64,000 nt of DNA from NCBI GenBank assembly GCA_964016885.1, contig OZ024741.1, positions 367,970,001-368,034,000 on the forward strand, written 5' to 3'. Below, piece after piece: positions 38,736-52,325 of this stretch (its first letter is position 1; each line of letters begins with the position of its first letter). The position numbers and the translations under genes are program-made. The notes under the pieces were generated by a model. It was given only the letters and a program-made list of their open reading frames with translations. It ran no database searches and was not told the origin of the DNA. This DNA is from Eledone cirrhosa (taxonomy: Eukaryota).

Positions 38736-41313
38736 TTCCCTTCAATTAGATCAACTCACTTTATGAGTTCCTTAATGTTTTCACTATATTGAAGGGCCAT
38801 TAATAAATAAATTTCTGATTAGTTGATTAGCTAAAATAGTTTTCCTGAAATATATGGATGTGGGTGTGTGTTTTTATTTGTAAAAATGTTCATATGACTA
38901 ATGCACATACATTCATTCATTCATACACACACACATACATATTATGTCTATATGTGATATATTAATATCTATGCGTGCATCTGTATACACATTTGTGTAT
39001 AAATATGTACACATTTACAGACAAACACATAATTATGCACAAGCATATAATTATACATAATCATACCTAAACACACACATACACATTATCATCATCATCA
39101 TTTTATGTTGGCTTTTCTTACCAACACCAGTTGGATGGGTTGTCATAGTTTGAGTCACTTTTTATATGGAGCTACTGTCATCATGGCTAGCATGGGTTGG
39201 ATGGGTTGTCGTGGTTTGAGTCTCTTTTTATATGGAGTTATTGTTCTCATAGATAGATCAGAGGACCACATCGTGGCTAGTATGGGTTGGACGGGTTGTT
39301 GTGGTCTGAGTCACTTTTTAGATGGAATTAACATCTTCCTAGATAGGTCAGAGGACCACATCACGCTTGTACATTTAATTTTTCCATGGTTTCTATGGTT
39401 GGTTGCTCTTCCTTAGAAACCAATTTGCAGAGTGTTTTGGGTGCATTCTGACACAGCATCTTACATCACCTGATTAATACTTAGTATATATATCATCATT
39501 TTTACATCCACTTATATTGCAAATACATTTTTCCATTTTCATTGAAACATAACATTCATACAATATTAAAATCCTCCTCAGTATCTTACAAGTTCTATTG
39601 TTATGTGCGGTGTGTAAAATGAAAAAGCTATTGAAAGGGTCAGTAATTGTAAATGAAGCTCTGACATACTTTGCTGTACTGCTTTTCAATATAGGAATCT
39701 ATATAAAAATAACTGTACAGCTTTTGATATGACAATCTGTCACACAAATGCTTAATCTGTCAAAAATACTTTCTAAAATATTCTATTTAATATTCACTGA
39801 ACTTAGAGGTAAGATAAAAGGGATGGACAAATGTAAAACATTCTCTGCCAATAGTTTTGTCCCCTCCCCCCTTCTCTCTATCTCTCTCTCTCTATATATA
39901 TATATATATAAATAGAATGTAAAAGATAAACAGAAATAACAACATAATCGGTACAGTATATGGAAGGAATATATTAGTATAATGCTTGAAATAGCAGGAT
40001 ATATATGCAATCAGAGACAACAATATTCTGATTTTATTGACCTACTCTTCTCTTCCATCATGACAGTCATATATGAAGGGCTGCACCAAATCTGTTTATT
40101 CCTGATTTATTCTACTCCTTTCTTAAGGCCACCTTTTATTGACATCCATCATTTTCTCTCACTATCGGCTATCTTTATTATTATGCACTCCCCTCTCTCT
40201 CACCAGCTACTATGTAACTGCTATTACTGTTGTCCCCAGCACTATATCATTTCCATTATACCAATAGTACACTGTCGCTCCCAACATACTCTCTCTTCTT
40301 TTGCTATTCTCTGCTATTATGGTCTTTCTTGTTACTTCCACTTCTGCCATCCCTTACCACAGACCCTCTCTCCCTCTCTCTCATTTATACTTTTGCTCCC
40401 TTCACCTAGTCACTCTGATTCTTTCCCTCTCATTGCTCTCTCATCTAGTCATGCTCTTGGTCATGTTGCCTTGAATATACAATGTTGAGTTGTGAGTATA
40501 CTTTAGTCTTGCAAGATTCAAGACAACTTTGCTAGTACTAGAACCATGCACCCAGTATACTTGTTTACGTGGTTGGTTTTAGGAAGGGCATCCAACCCTA
40601 GAAACCTTGCCAAAAATGAAGAGTACAAGTGAAACTATGTCCTTTGAGGGCTGTAACTCCAAGTAGGAACTGACCTAGACTGTGATAACTTGGTCAACCT
40701 ATGCCAGCATGGAAAGCGGATGTAAAAATGATGATGAGAATATATATAGAGAGAGATATTAGTGACTTCTAACTATGATGCTATCTCTGCTACCTTGATA
40801 AGGATGGTTAGACAATGCCTCATCACCGACAACAAGTGTTTTAAGACCATTCTCCTTGCTAAAGCAGATGTTAGTTTTGCAGGAACCCCATGATAAACTT
40901 CTTCATTTTTCTTTATCAGTTATATCCCCTCCACCAAATCCCTGACTTTCATTTCATCCTTCACCTTGTCTTTCTTGGTTTTCCCTTAAACTTCTTTCCA
41001 TGTTCATTTCCATCACTTTTACCTAATCACTTTCATCCTTCCTTAACACATCATTGACTAGTAGCATTAAGATAGTTGTATGACAATCGGGGGTGTGGGG
41101 AGATAATGGGGAGTGTGTGTGCAGGGTGGTGGTGGTGGTGGGGGTTTATCAAAGCCATTACTTTACTGGTACTTATTTCTCCTTCACATCCAGCTAAGCA
41201 AACATTTAAAAAAGTAATCAACAGCCAAATTTCAATTCAGAATAGGGAGCAGTGAACTAGATACCATCCCTTCCGTGGTGCTGAACACCAATCTGCTGCT
41301 GCTGCTGCTGCTG

Positions 41314-41350
<37 letters not shown>

Positions 41351-41899
41351 AAGTAAAGTAGCCTATTTAGATGACTCTTATTTTAAAAGGAAAATAGTTT
41401 TTTGCTATTGACTATATATGTCAGAATGTCTGAATGCATGTGTCTGGCTATATACATGCATGTGTGTGTGTGTGTGTATGCACACAGACATGTATGTGAG
41501 TGTGCTTGTGTCTATGTATTTATATATACATATATGTGTGTGTGTATGCTTGTGTTTGTAACATGAATAGGAATGTATTCCATTTTCTTTACAGTTACAC
41601 TATTCTCTCCCTACCCCTATATCTCCATGTCTTACAACAGAACCCCTTCAGTACCACGTGTTATAATAATAATAATAATAATAGTGAAAATAATGCTTTC
41701 TTTGTTGAGGACACCCTCCCCACCTTGCAAATTAGGTTACTTGGGGAAAATTATAAAAATATCAAATTACAAGTAAAATAATAATACAGATGATAAAATA
41801 TAATAAAAATGTAACATCCCAGAAAGTGTATAGTCACATTGAGTAAAACAGGCTGCCTCTAAAACTTATATTGCTATTAACACAACAGCAAATATATTC

Positions 41900-42165
41900 T
41901 CCTTGAGCCATCCACATATAATAAAATTAATAGTTGAGCTATTCATCTATAACAATGTTAATAGTTGAAGCATCCATCTATACTAAAATTAACTGTTGAG
42001 TCATCCACACTAAAGTTAATAGTTGAGCCATCCATCTATACTAAAGTTAACAGTTGAGCCATCCAGCCATATTTGAACCATCCACCAAAGCCATACTAAA
42101 ATTGACAGTTCAGTCTTTAATTCATACTAAAATTTACAGTTGAACTATCCATCCATATTAAAGTT
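41900..42165. repeat. ~30-bp minisatellite, ~8 units
   Basis: gttgagccatccatctatactaaagttaaca units. Confidence 0.85.
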
Positions 42166-42709
42166 AGCAGGATTTCTTTTCGACTTGACAAAAATGCCCA
42201 TGTTAGGGTGGTGGGGAGAATATAATATTGAAAATAATGAGAATAACGATAATAATATTAATTATGTTTTAATTAGGCATAAAGCCATAATTAGGACGGA
42301 GAGAGGGGGGAGAATGTCTCTGTGAGAGGTAAGCTGGAAAGTTTCTTTAAGCATCAATATCTTTTCTGAAAACCTTAGCTTCACAACAGACATGAAACAA
42401 TTCCCACGAGGAATCAAAAGCAGCAGCACCCTCACTCCACCCATATATGGTGGCAGTGGTGATGGCAGCAGGGACTGAAGTTGTTGTTGTTGTGATGGTG
42501 GTGGTTTCTTATTTTGGCAGAAAACCACAAATTCATATGAAAGAGTCAAGTTAATTGAATTGACTTCCAGTATATAAATATTTATTTTATTGACCCAGAA
42601 GAGATGAAAGGTGGAAGCAATACCAGTGGGAACTGAACTCAGAAATTTGGGATATGAGATTAAATTCAATGTAAGGCATCTAATTTGATGCCTTTTACTG
42701 CACCCTTTA

Positions 42710-43730
42710 ATAATTGTTTCTACTTTAGGCACAAGGCCAGCAATTACCCAGTGCATTACTGGTACTTTATTTTATCGACCCCGTAAGGATGAAAGGCAAA
42801 GTTAACCTCGGCGGGATTTGAACTCAGTCCGTAAAGGGACGTAACTATGCTGCAAAGCATGGCGTCCGACCCTCTACCGATACTGCCAATCCACCGCACC
42901 CTTTAATAATAATTGTTTCTACTTTAGGCACAAGGCCTGCAATTACCCAGTGCATTACTGGTACTTTATTTTATCGACCCCGTAAGGATGAAAGGCAAAG
43001 TCAACCTCGGCGGGATTTGAACTCAGTTCGTAAAGAGACGTAACTATGCTGGAAAGCATGGCGTCCGACCCTCCACCGATACTGCCAATCCACCGCCCTT
43101 TAATAATAATGATAATTATTTATACATTTGGCACAAGGTCAGCAATTTGAAGGGAAAGTCCCTTTCACCACAGTACTTGACTGATACTTTATTTTATTGA
43201 ACCAAGAAAACTGAAATACAATGTTGACTATGCTGGGATTTGAACTCAGAGCCAAAATAAATACTGCAAAGTATTTTGTCTAATACTAATAATGGTTTTT
43301 ACTTTTGGCACAAGGCCAGCAATTATCCCTGTGCATTACTGGTACTTTATTTTATTGGCCCCATAAGGATGAAAGGCAAAGTTAACCTCGGCGGGATTTG
43401 AACTCAAGACCATAAAGGGCCGTAACTCTATGTTGCGAAGCATAATGTCTGACTCTCTATCGATACTGCCAATCCAATACCATTAACACTAATGATAATA
43501 ATGGTTTCTAATTTAAGTACAAGGCCAGCAATTTGAGAGTTGAATGGAATGGCAATTATATCGACCTCTGTTCTTGATGAGTACTTTATTTTATTGAACC
43601 CCTGGAAGGATGAATGGCAAAGTTGATCTTGACACAATAATAATTTCTACATTTGGCACAAGGCTAGCAATTTGAAGGGAAGAGGAAAGTCGATTAAATC
43701 ACCCAGTATTTGACTGGTATTTCATCAACC
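42710..43730 (-). mobile_element. Head-to-tail cluster of SINE family A copies
   Basis: Young copies at ~42710-42898, 42910-43098 and 43293-43478, plus older variants at ~43120-43290 and 43500-43730. All are on the minus strand and separated by (AAT)n. Confidence 0.9.
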
Positions 43731-43994
43731 TATATGTGCCTGCATATGTATTTTCTCCTTGTATATAGACACTTGTGTGCATGCACACACATAGACACTC
43801 ATGCACATATAAACACACAATTCACTCACAGTACACACTCATGTACACACAGAAGCTAATACACACACACACATGCAGACACTCATACTCATGTACACAC
43901 ATTCCGTGTTGGGGAGAAATGGGGTAGGTATATAAAAAAATGGATTAGATTCTTCTTTAGGTATGAGACATCCTTTGAAATAACAGATGCATTA

Positions 43995-46900
43995 GCTGCA
44001 GCTCTGTATGTCAGCCAGTGTGTGTTGCTGTCTGTGTGCCAGTGTGTGTAGCTGTCTGTGTGCCAGTGTGTGTAGCTGTCTGTGGCAGTGTGTGTAGCTC
44101 TGTATGTGTGTGACAGTGTGTGTAGCTCTGTGTGTGACAGTGTGTGTAGCTCTGTGTGTGTGTGGCAGTGTGTGTAGCTCTGTATGTGTAGCTGTCTGTG
44201 TGTGTAGCTCTGTATGTGTAGCTGTCTGTGTGTGTGTGGAAGTGTGTGTAGCTCTGTATGTGTGTGGCAGTGTGTGTAGCTCTGTATGTGTGTGGCAGTG
44301 TGTGTAGCTCTGTATGTGTGTGGCAGTGTGTGTAGCTCTGTATGTGTGTGACAGTGTGTGTAGCTCTGTATGTGTGTGGCAGTGTGTGTAGCTCTGTATG
44401 TGTGTGATAGTGTGTGTAGCTCTGTGTGTGACAGTGTGTGTAGCTCTGTATGTGTGTGACAGTGTGTGTAGCTCTGTATGTGTGTGGCAGTGTGTGTAGC
44501 TCTGTATGTGTGTGACAGTGTGTGTAGCTCTGTATATGTGTGACAGTGTGTGTAGCTCTCTGTGTGACGGTGTGTGTAGCTCTGTATGTGTGTGACAGTA
44601 TGTGTAGCTCTGTATGTGTGACAGTGTGTGTAGCTCTGTATGTGTGACAGTGTGTGTAGCTCTGTGTGTGGAAGTGTGTGTAGCTCTGTATGTGTGTGGA
44701 AGTGTGTGTGACTCTGTATGTGTGACAGTGTGTGTAGCTCTGTATGTGGAAGTGTGTGTAGCTATGTATGTGTGACAGTGTGTGTAGCTCTGTATGTGTG
44801 ACAGTGTGTGTAGCTCTGTATGTGTGTGACAGTGTGTGTAGCTCTGTATGTGTGACAGTGTGTGTAGCTCTGTATGTGTGTGGCAGTGTGTGTGACAGTG
44901 TGTGTAGCTCTGTATGTGTGACAGTGTGTGTAGCTTTGTGTGTGACAGTGTGTGTAGCTCTGTATGTGGCAGTGTGTGTAGCTCTGTATGTGTGTGACAG
45001 TGTGTGTAGCTCTGTGTGTGACAGTGTCTGTTGCTCTGTGTGTGACTGTGTGTGGCAGTGTGTGTAGCTCTGTATGTGTGTGTAGCTCTGTATGTGTGTG
45101 ACAGTGTGTGACAGTGTCTGTAGCTCTGTGTGTGGCAGTGTGTGTAGCTCTGTATGTGTGTGACAGTGTGTGTAGCTCTCTGTGTGACAGTGTGTGTAGC
45201 TCTGTGTGTGACAGTGTGTGTAGCTCTGTATGTGGCAGTGTGTGTAGCTCTGTATGTGACAGTGTGTGTAGCTCTGTGTGTGGCAGTGTGTGTAGCTCTG
45301 TGTGTGACAGTGTGTGTAGCTGTATGTGGCAGTGTGTGTAGCTCTGTGTGTGTAGCTGTATGTGGCAGTGTGTGTAGCTCTATGTGTGACAGTGTGTGTA
45401 GCTCTGTGTGTGACAGTGTGTGTAGCTCTGTGTGTGTAGCTGTATGTGGCAGTGTGTGTAGCTCTATGTGTGACAGTGTGTGTAGCTCTGTATGTGTGTG
45501 ACAGTGTGTGTAGCTCTGTATGTGGCAGTGTGTGTAGCTCTGTTTTTGTGACAGTGTGTGTAGCTCTGTGTGTGACAGTGTGTGTAGCTCTGTATGTGGC
45601 AGTGTGTGCAGCTCTGTATGTGACAGTGTGTGTAGCTCTGTTTTTGTGACAGTGTGTGTAGCTCTGTGTGTGACAGTGTGTGTAGCTCTGTGTGTGACAC
45701 TGTGTGTAGCTCTGTGTGTGTGACAGTGTGTGTAGCTCTGTGTGTGTGACAGTGTGTGTAGCTCTGTGTGTGACAGTGTGTGTAGCTCTGTGTGTGACAG
45801 TGTGTGTAGCTCTGTATGTGTGACAGTGTGTGTAGCTCTGTATGTGGCAGTGTGTGTAGCTCTGTATGTGTGACTGTGTGTAGCTCTGTGTGTGGCAGTG
45901 TGTGTAGCTCTGTATATGTGTGACAGTGTGTGTAGCTCTCTGTGTGACGGTGTGTGTAGCGCTGTATGTGTGTGGCAGTGTGTGTAGCTCTCTGTGTGAC
46001 AGTGTGTGTAGCTTTGTGTGTGGCAGTGTGTGTAGCTCTGTAAGTGTGACAGTGTGTGTAGCTGTGTGTGTGGCAGTGTGTGTAGCTCTGTATGTGTGAC
46101 AGTGTGTGTAGCTCTGTGTGTGACAGTGTGTGTAGCTCTGTGTGTGGGAGTGTGTGTAGCTCTGTATGTGGCAGTGTGTGTGGCAGTGTGTGTAGCTCTG
46201 TATGTGTTGCAGTGTGTGTAGCTCTGTATGTGTGTGGCAGTGTGTGTAGCTCTGTATGTGTGGCAGTGTGTGTAGCTCTGTGTGTGACAGTGTGTGTAGT
46301 TCTGTATGTGTGACAGTGTATGTAGCTCTGTATGTGTGACAGTGTGTGTAGCTCTGTATGTGTGTGGCAGTGTGTGTAGCTCTGTATATGTGACAGTGTG
46401 TGTAGCTCTGTGTGTGACAGTGTGTGTAGCTCTGTGTGTGTGACAGTGTGTGTAGCTCTGTGTGTGGCAGTGCGTGTAGCTCTGTGTGTGACAGTGTGTG
46501 TAGCTCTGTATGTGTGACTGTGTGTGACAGTGTGTGTAGCTCTGTATGTGGGAGTGTGTGTAGCTCTGTATGTGTGTGACAGTGTGTGTAGCTCTGTGTG
46601 TGACAGTGTGTGTAGCTCTGTATGTGGCAGTGTGTGTAGCTCTGTATGTGTGACAGTGTGTGTAGCTCTGTGTGTGACAGTGTGTGTAGCTCTGTATGTG
46701 GCAGTGTGTGTAGCTCTGTATGTGTGTGACAGTGTGTGTAGCTCTGTATGTGGCAGTGTGTGTAGCTCTGTATGTGACAGTGTGTGTAGCTCTGTATGTG
46801 TGACAGTGTGTGTAGCTCTGTGTGTGACAGTGTGTGTAGCTCTCTGTGTGACAGTGTGTGTAGCTCTGTATGTGGCAGTGTGTGTAGCTCTGTATGTGTG

Positions 46901-49830
46901 ACAGTGTGTGTAGCTCTGTGTGTGACAGTGTGTGTAGCTCTCTGTGTGACAGTGTGTGTAGCTCTGTATGTGGCAGTGTGTGTAGCTCTGTGTGTGACTG
47001 TGTGTGTAGCTCTGTATGTGGCAGTGTGTGTAGCTCTGTATGTGGCAGTGTGTGACAGTGTGTGTAGCTCTGTATGTGTGACAGTGTGTGTAGCTCTGTA
47101 TGTGTGTGGCAGTGTGTGTAGCTCTGTATGTGTGTGACAGTGTGTGTAGCTCTGTATGTGACTGTGTGTGTAGCTCTGTATGTGGCAGTGTGTGTAGCTC
47201 TGTGTGTGGCAGTGTGTGTAGCTCTGTATGTGTGTGGTAGTGTGTGTAGCTCTGTATGTGTGACAGTGTGTGTAGCTCTGTGTGTGACAGTGTGTGTAGC
47301 TCTGTATGTGTGTGGTAGTGTGTGTAGCTCTGTATGTGTGACAGTGTGTGTAGCTCTGTATGTGTGACAGTGTGTGTAGCTCTGTATGTATGGCAGTGTG
47401 TGTAGCTCTGTATGTGTGTGGTAGTGTGTGTAGCTCTGTATGTGTGACAGTGTGTGTAGCTCTGTATGTGTGACAGTGTGTGTAGCTCTGTATGTGGCAG
47501 TGTGTGTAGCTCTGTGTGTGGCAGTGTGTGTAGCTCTGTATGTGTGTGGTAGTGTGTGTAGCTCTGTATGTGTGACAGTGTGTGTAGCTCTGTATGTGTG
47601 ACAGTGTGTGTAGCTCTGTATGTATGGCAGTGTGTGTAGCTCTGTATGTGTGACAGTGTGTGTAGCTCTGTATGTGTGACAGTGTGTGTAGCTCTGTATG
47701 TGTGGCAGTGTGTGTAGCTCTGTATGTGTGACAGTGTGTGTAGCTCTGTGTGTGTGTAGCTCTGTGTGGGACAGTGTGTGTAGCTCTGTATATGTGTGAC
47801 AGTGTGTGTAGCTCTGTATGTGGCAGTGTGTGTAGTTCTGTATGTGACAGTGTGTGTAGCTCTGTGTGTGACAGTGTGTGTAGCTCTGTGTGTGACAGTG
47901 TGTGTAGCTCTGTGTGTGACTGTGTGTGGCAGTGTGTGTAGCTCTGTATGTGTGTGACAGTGTGTGTAGCTCTCTGTGTGACAGTGTGTGTAGCTCTGTG
48001 TGTGACAGTGTGTAGCTCTGTATGTGGCAGTGTGTGTGACAGTGTGTGTAGCTCTGTATGTGACAGTGTGTGTAGCTCTGTATGTGTGACAGTGTGTGAC
48101 AGTGTGTGTAGCTGTGTGTGTGGCAGTGTGTGTAGCTCTGTGTGTGACAGTGTGTGTAGCTGTATGTGGCAGTGTGTGTAGCTCTGTATATGTGTGACAG
48201 TGTGTGTAGCTCTCTGTGTGACGGTGTGTGTAGCTCTGTATGTGTGTGACAGTGTGTGTAGCTCTCTGTGTGACAGTGTGTGTAGCTCTGTGTGTGACAG
48301 TGTGTGTAGCTCTGTGTGTGACAGTGTGTGTAGCTTTGTGTGTAGCTCTGTATGTGTGGCTGTGTGTGTGGCAGTGTGTGTAGCTCTGTATGTGTGACAG
48401 TGTGTGTAGCTCTGTGTGTGACAGTGTGTGTAGCTCTGTGTGTGACAGTGTGTGTAGCTCTGTGTGTGGGAGTGTGTGTAGCTCTGTATGTGTGACTGTG
48501 TGTGTAGCTCTGTATGTGGCAGTGTGTGTAGCTCTGTGTGTGGCAGTGTGTGTAGCTCTGTATGTGTGGCAGTGTGTGTAGCTCTGTGTGTGACTGTGTG
48601 TAGCTCTGTATGTGGCAGTGTGTGTAGCTCTGTGTGTGGCAGTGTGTGTAGCTCTGTATGTGTGGCAGTGTGTGTAGCTCTGTGTGTGACTGTGTGTAGC
48701 TCTGTATGTGGCAGTGTGTGTAGCTCTGTATGTGTGTGGCAGTGTATGTAGCTCTGTATATGTGACAGTGTTTGTAGCTCTGTGTGTGTGACAGTGTGTG
48801 TAGCTCTGTGTGTGGCAGTGTGTGTAGCTCTGTATGTGTGTGGCAGTGTGTGTAGCTCTGTATGTGTGACAGTGTGTGTAGCTCTGTGTGTGGCAGTGTG
48901 TGTAGCTCTGTATGTGTGGCAGTGTGTGTAGCTCTGTATGTGTGTGGCAGTGTGTGTAGCTCTGTATGTGTGGTAGTGTGTGTAGCTCTATGTGTGACAG
49001 TGTGTGTAGCTCTGTATGTGTGACAGTGTATGTACCTCTGTATGTGTGACAGTGTGTGTAGCTCTGTATGTGTGTGGCAGTGTGTGTAGCTCTGTATATG
49101 TGACAGTGTGTGTAGCTCTGTGTGTGACAGTGTGTGTAGCTCTGTGTGTAGCTCTGTGTGTGACAGTGTGTTTTGCTCTGTATGTGTGACTGTGTGTAGC
49201 TCTGTGTGTGACAGTGTGTGTAGCTCTGTATGTGGCAGTGTGTGTAGCTCTGTATGTGTGTGGCAGTGTGTGTAGCTCTGTATGTGGCAGTGTGTGTAGC
49301 TCTGTGTGTGGCAGTGTGTGTAGCTCTGTGTGTGTGGCAGTGTGTGTAGCTCTGTATGTGTGTGGCAGTGTGTGTAGCTTTGTATGTGTGACAGTGTGTG
49401 TAGCTCTGTATGTGTGACAGTGTGTGTGGCTCTGTATGTGTGTGTCAGTGTGTGTAGCTCTGTATGTGTGTGTCAGTGTGTGTAGCTCTGTATGTGTGTG
49501 GCAGTGTGTGTAGCTCTGTATGTCTGTGGCAGTGTGTGTAGCTCTGTATGTGTGTGGCAGTGTGTGTAGCTCTGTGTGTGACAGTGTGTGTAGCTCTGTA
49601 TGTGGCAGTGTGTGTAGCTCTGTATGTGACAGTGTGTGTAGCTCTGTATGTCTGTGGCAGTGTGTGTAGCTCTGTATGTGTGTGGCAGTGTGTGTAGCTC
49701 TGTGTGTTTGTGGCAGTGTGTGTAGCTCTGTGTGTGGCTGTATGTGGCAGTGTATGTAGCTCTGTGTGTGACAGTGTGTGTAGCTCTGTGTGTGTGGTAG
49801 TGTGTGACAGTGTGTGTAGCTCTGTATGTA
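43995..49830. repeat. ~5.8 kb TG-rich satellite with a ~22-28-bp unit
   Basis: Unit G(A/G)CAGTGTGTGTAGCTCTGT(A/G)(TG)n repeated roughly 200+ times. Confidence 0.98.
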
Positions 49831-50421
49831 TGGCTATGTTTGTGACTGTAAGTGTGCATGCATGGTTCTAAATATGTGTTTGTGTATGTGGGGGTAGCTT
49901 TGTTTTTCTGTCTGTATTTGTGTATGACTGTGTAAGTGTATATGCATGACTGTATACATGGGTGATAGTGTGGCTGTGTGTGTATGTGAGTGGGTAGCTC
50001 TGTGTGTGTGTGTGCGTGTGTATGTATGTCTAATACTAGGATCAAAACCATATGATTTAGTTTGACTTGATTACTGGGAGATATTGTTCAGAAATTGTCT
50101 AGTTCAGAAACAAACACACATTCTTGTATCCCTGGAAGGGCCAGGAAGGTGTGGAGGGAGGCTCTTCTGGAAACAAGTGTAGGGACTAGATTTTCACTTC
50201 CCTCACCATCTCCACCACCATCATCTGGTGACAAGCGACACCAGATGCTAGCTAACTAACCAACCAGCCAAACTAAAACTCTCACACCACTGGGCATATA
50301 TAACATAAGGATTTGGGGTTGAGAGGAGCAGGGGTACAGTTGGGTAGTATGGAATAATCTTATATATCATTAATTGTATTGTGTATATATATATATTCAC
50401 TTTATTATGGCTAAATAATGA

Positions 50422-50469
50422 GTCTTATTACTCTGAAGTTTCGCCTGTTTATCACAGTCATCAGATAAA
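50422..50469 (-). ncRNA. Degenerate hammerhead motif in a fold-back element
   Basis: CUGAUGA cugu-gauaa-acaggc GAAA cu ucag ag UA auaagac. A relative at 13628-13686 supplies stem I GUC(C)UUGU/ACAAGAC. Confidence 0.55.
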
Positions 50470-50614
50470 ATGACCCTGTGATAAACAGGCAAAACTCCAG
50501 AGTAACAAGACACAGTATTTAGCCTTAATATATGAATATTTAAACTTCTGCTTCAGTATTGAGTACTTCTTTCTCTCAGCCGTCAACCGCATACATATAT
50601 ATATATATATTAAT

Positions 50615-50850
50615 TATTTATTAAAATAACAGATTAAAGTTTAAGCAAAGAATTACTGCTTTCATCCTTAACAGGATCTTCTGAAACTCTGAGTTTCAGA
50701 AGATCCTGTTAAGGATGAAAGCAGTGATTCTTTGCTTAAACTTTAATCTGTTATTTTAATAAATATTTGCTCTATGGTTCTTATATATTTGATATATATT
50801 TATCCTTATCGAGCCCTCTTTGGATTTTAGTCTTCACATTTATTATTATT
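50615..50850. repeat. Near-perfect 151-bp palindrome plus tail (family copy 1)
   Basis: Arms 50615-50689 / 50691-50765 with a 1-nt spacer; second copy at 59739-59960. Confidence 0.93.
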
Positions 50851-50876
50851 ATTATTACTATTATTATTATATAATA

Positions 50877-51060
50877 GGGCGGTGGATTGGCAGTATCGGT
50901 AGAGAGTCGGACGCCATGGTTTGCAGCAAAGAGCCCTTTATGGTCTGAGTTCAAATCCCGCCGAGGTTAACTTTGCCTTTCATCCTTACGGGGCCGATAA
51001 GATAAAGTACCAGTAATACACTGGGATAATTGCTGGCCTTGTGCCAAAAAGTAGAAACAA
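50877..51060 (+). mobile_element. SINE family A copy
   Basis: Full length, with TSD-like TTATTACTATTATTATTAT on both sides. Confidence 0.9.
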
Positions 51061-51328
51061 TTATTACTATTATTATTATTATCATTGTTCTTATTTTCCT
51101 TCATTATTGTTTCTGAGATATATGCCGAGTGTCTCCCTGGCACCTAGGACAAATAAATTCACAATGTGCATTGGTAAGCCAGTTAATAAAGCATTATTAT
51201 TATTACTATATCATTTTATAGTCCACAGTAAGATAGGTAAAAGACAGTTCAGAGTTTAACCCAATTGGTAAATTTCCAATCACAGTAGTTTTACAGTATC
51301 ACAGATCATATATAAAATAAATAAACAA

Positions 51329-52325
51329 ACCACAGGGATCTGTTCTTGGCCCCCTTTTGTTTGTGGCATATATTAATGACATAGATGCCAACTTAAAGAA
51401 TGCCACAGTACTGAAATGCAGATGTACCTTGAGATAAAAAGGACAGATCCTGAACACTATAGATCTTGCCTGCAATCTGACCTGGACACAATGCAACAAT
51501 GGATCTCAGACTGGCAACTCAAGCTAGCTGTGGACAAGTGTACCACCATGCATTTTGGGAGTAAAAACCCAGCGTCCACATACTCCCTCCACAACACTAA
51601 TATCAAGAAGTCTTCTTGTGAACGTCACCTGGGCATTATGGTCAGCAGCAATTTGCATTGGACGAAGCACGTCTCTAAAATTGTCAAGAAGGCCGAGGGT
51701 ATCTTAGCATCACTCAGCAAGACCTTTGTCAGCCGCTCTCCAGCTATCTATTTAAAGCTGAATATAGCTATCATGCAGCCACACTTAGAATTTGCAACAC
51801 CAGTCTGGAACCCCTATCTTGCTCAGAACATTGACCACCTGGAAACTGTTCAGAGATGTGCAACCAAGCGAATACCCTCCATCAGGCATCTACCATACTC
51901 TGAACGCCTTGCTTCCCTGGGCATGGATACATTGAAGCTCCGACGTCTGGTAAACACCCACAAAATTATTGGCCATCTTGCCAACAACAACCCTGAGTAC
52001 CTTTTTGATATCCATGTGTCTAACACACGTGGACATGCCCACAAAGTCAGAAAACAGCACAGCTCCCATGACTTTCGGAAACATTTTTCACGCTCAGAGT
52101 TGCTGAAGCATGGAACAAACTACCTGCATCAGTTGTTAGCTGTCGAGACACTGCATCCTTTAAAACCTCCATGCTTCCTGAGATTCAACACTACACCTAA
52201 TATTCCCCCTCCATACACATACATACATGTATATCATGACTCATACACTATTCACTTCCCTGGCATTTGTATATTATTTTATGTACTATACATGCACCTT
52301 TGACAAGTTGTAGTGCGCCTGAGCA
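51329..52325 (+). mobile_element. CR1-clade LINE 3' fragment (degenerate RT plus 3' UTR)
   Basis: Motifs PQGSVLGPLLF..YIND, LQSDLD...W...WQL, LE.VQR.ATK.IP, YSERL..L, TRGH..K and WNKLP, with frameshifts. The same 3' UTR recurs at about 62690-62795. Confidence 0.9.

Noticed and set aside
44104-50051. Cys/Val/Ser-rich ORFs
   Set aside because: Products of the satellite, with frequent frame changes.
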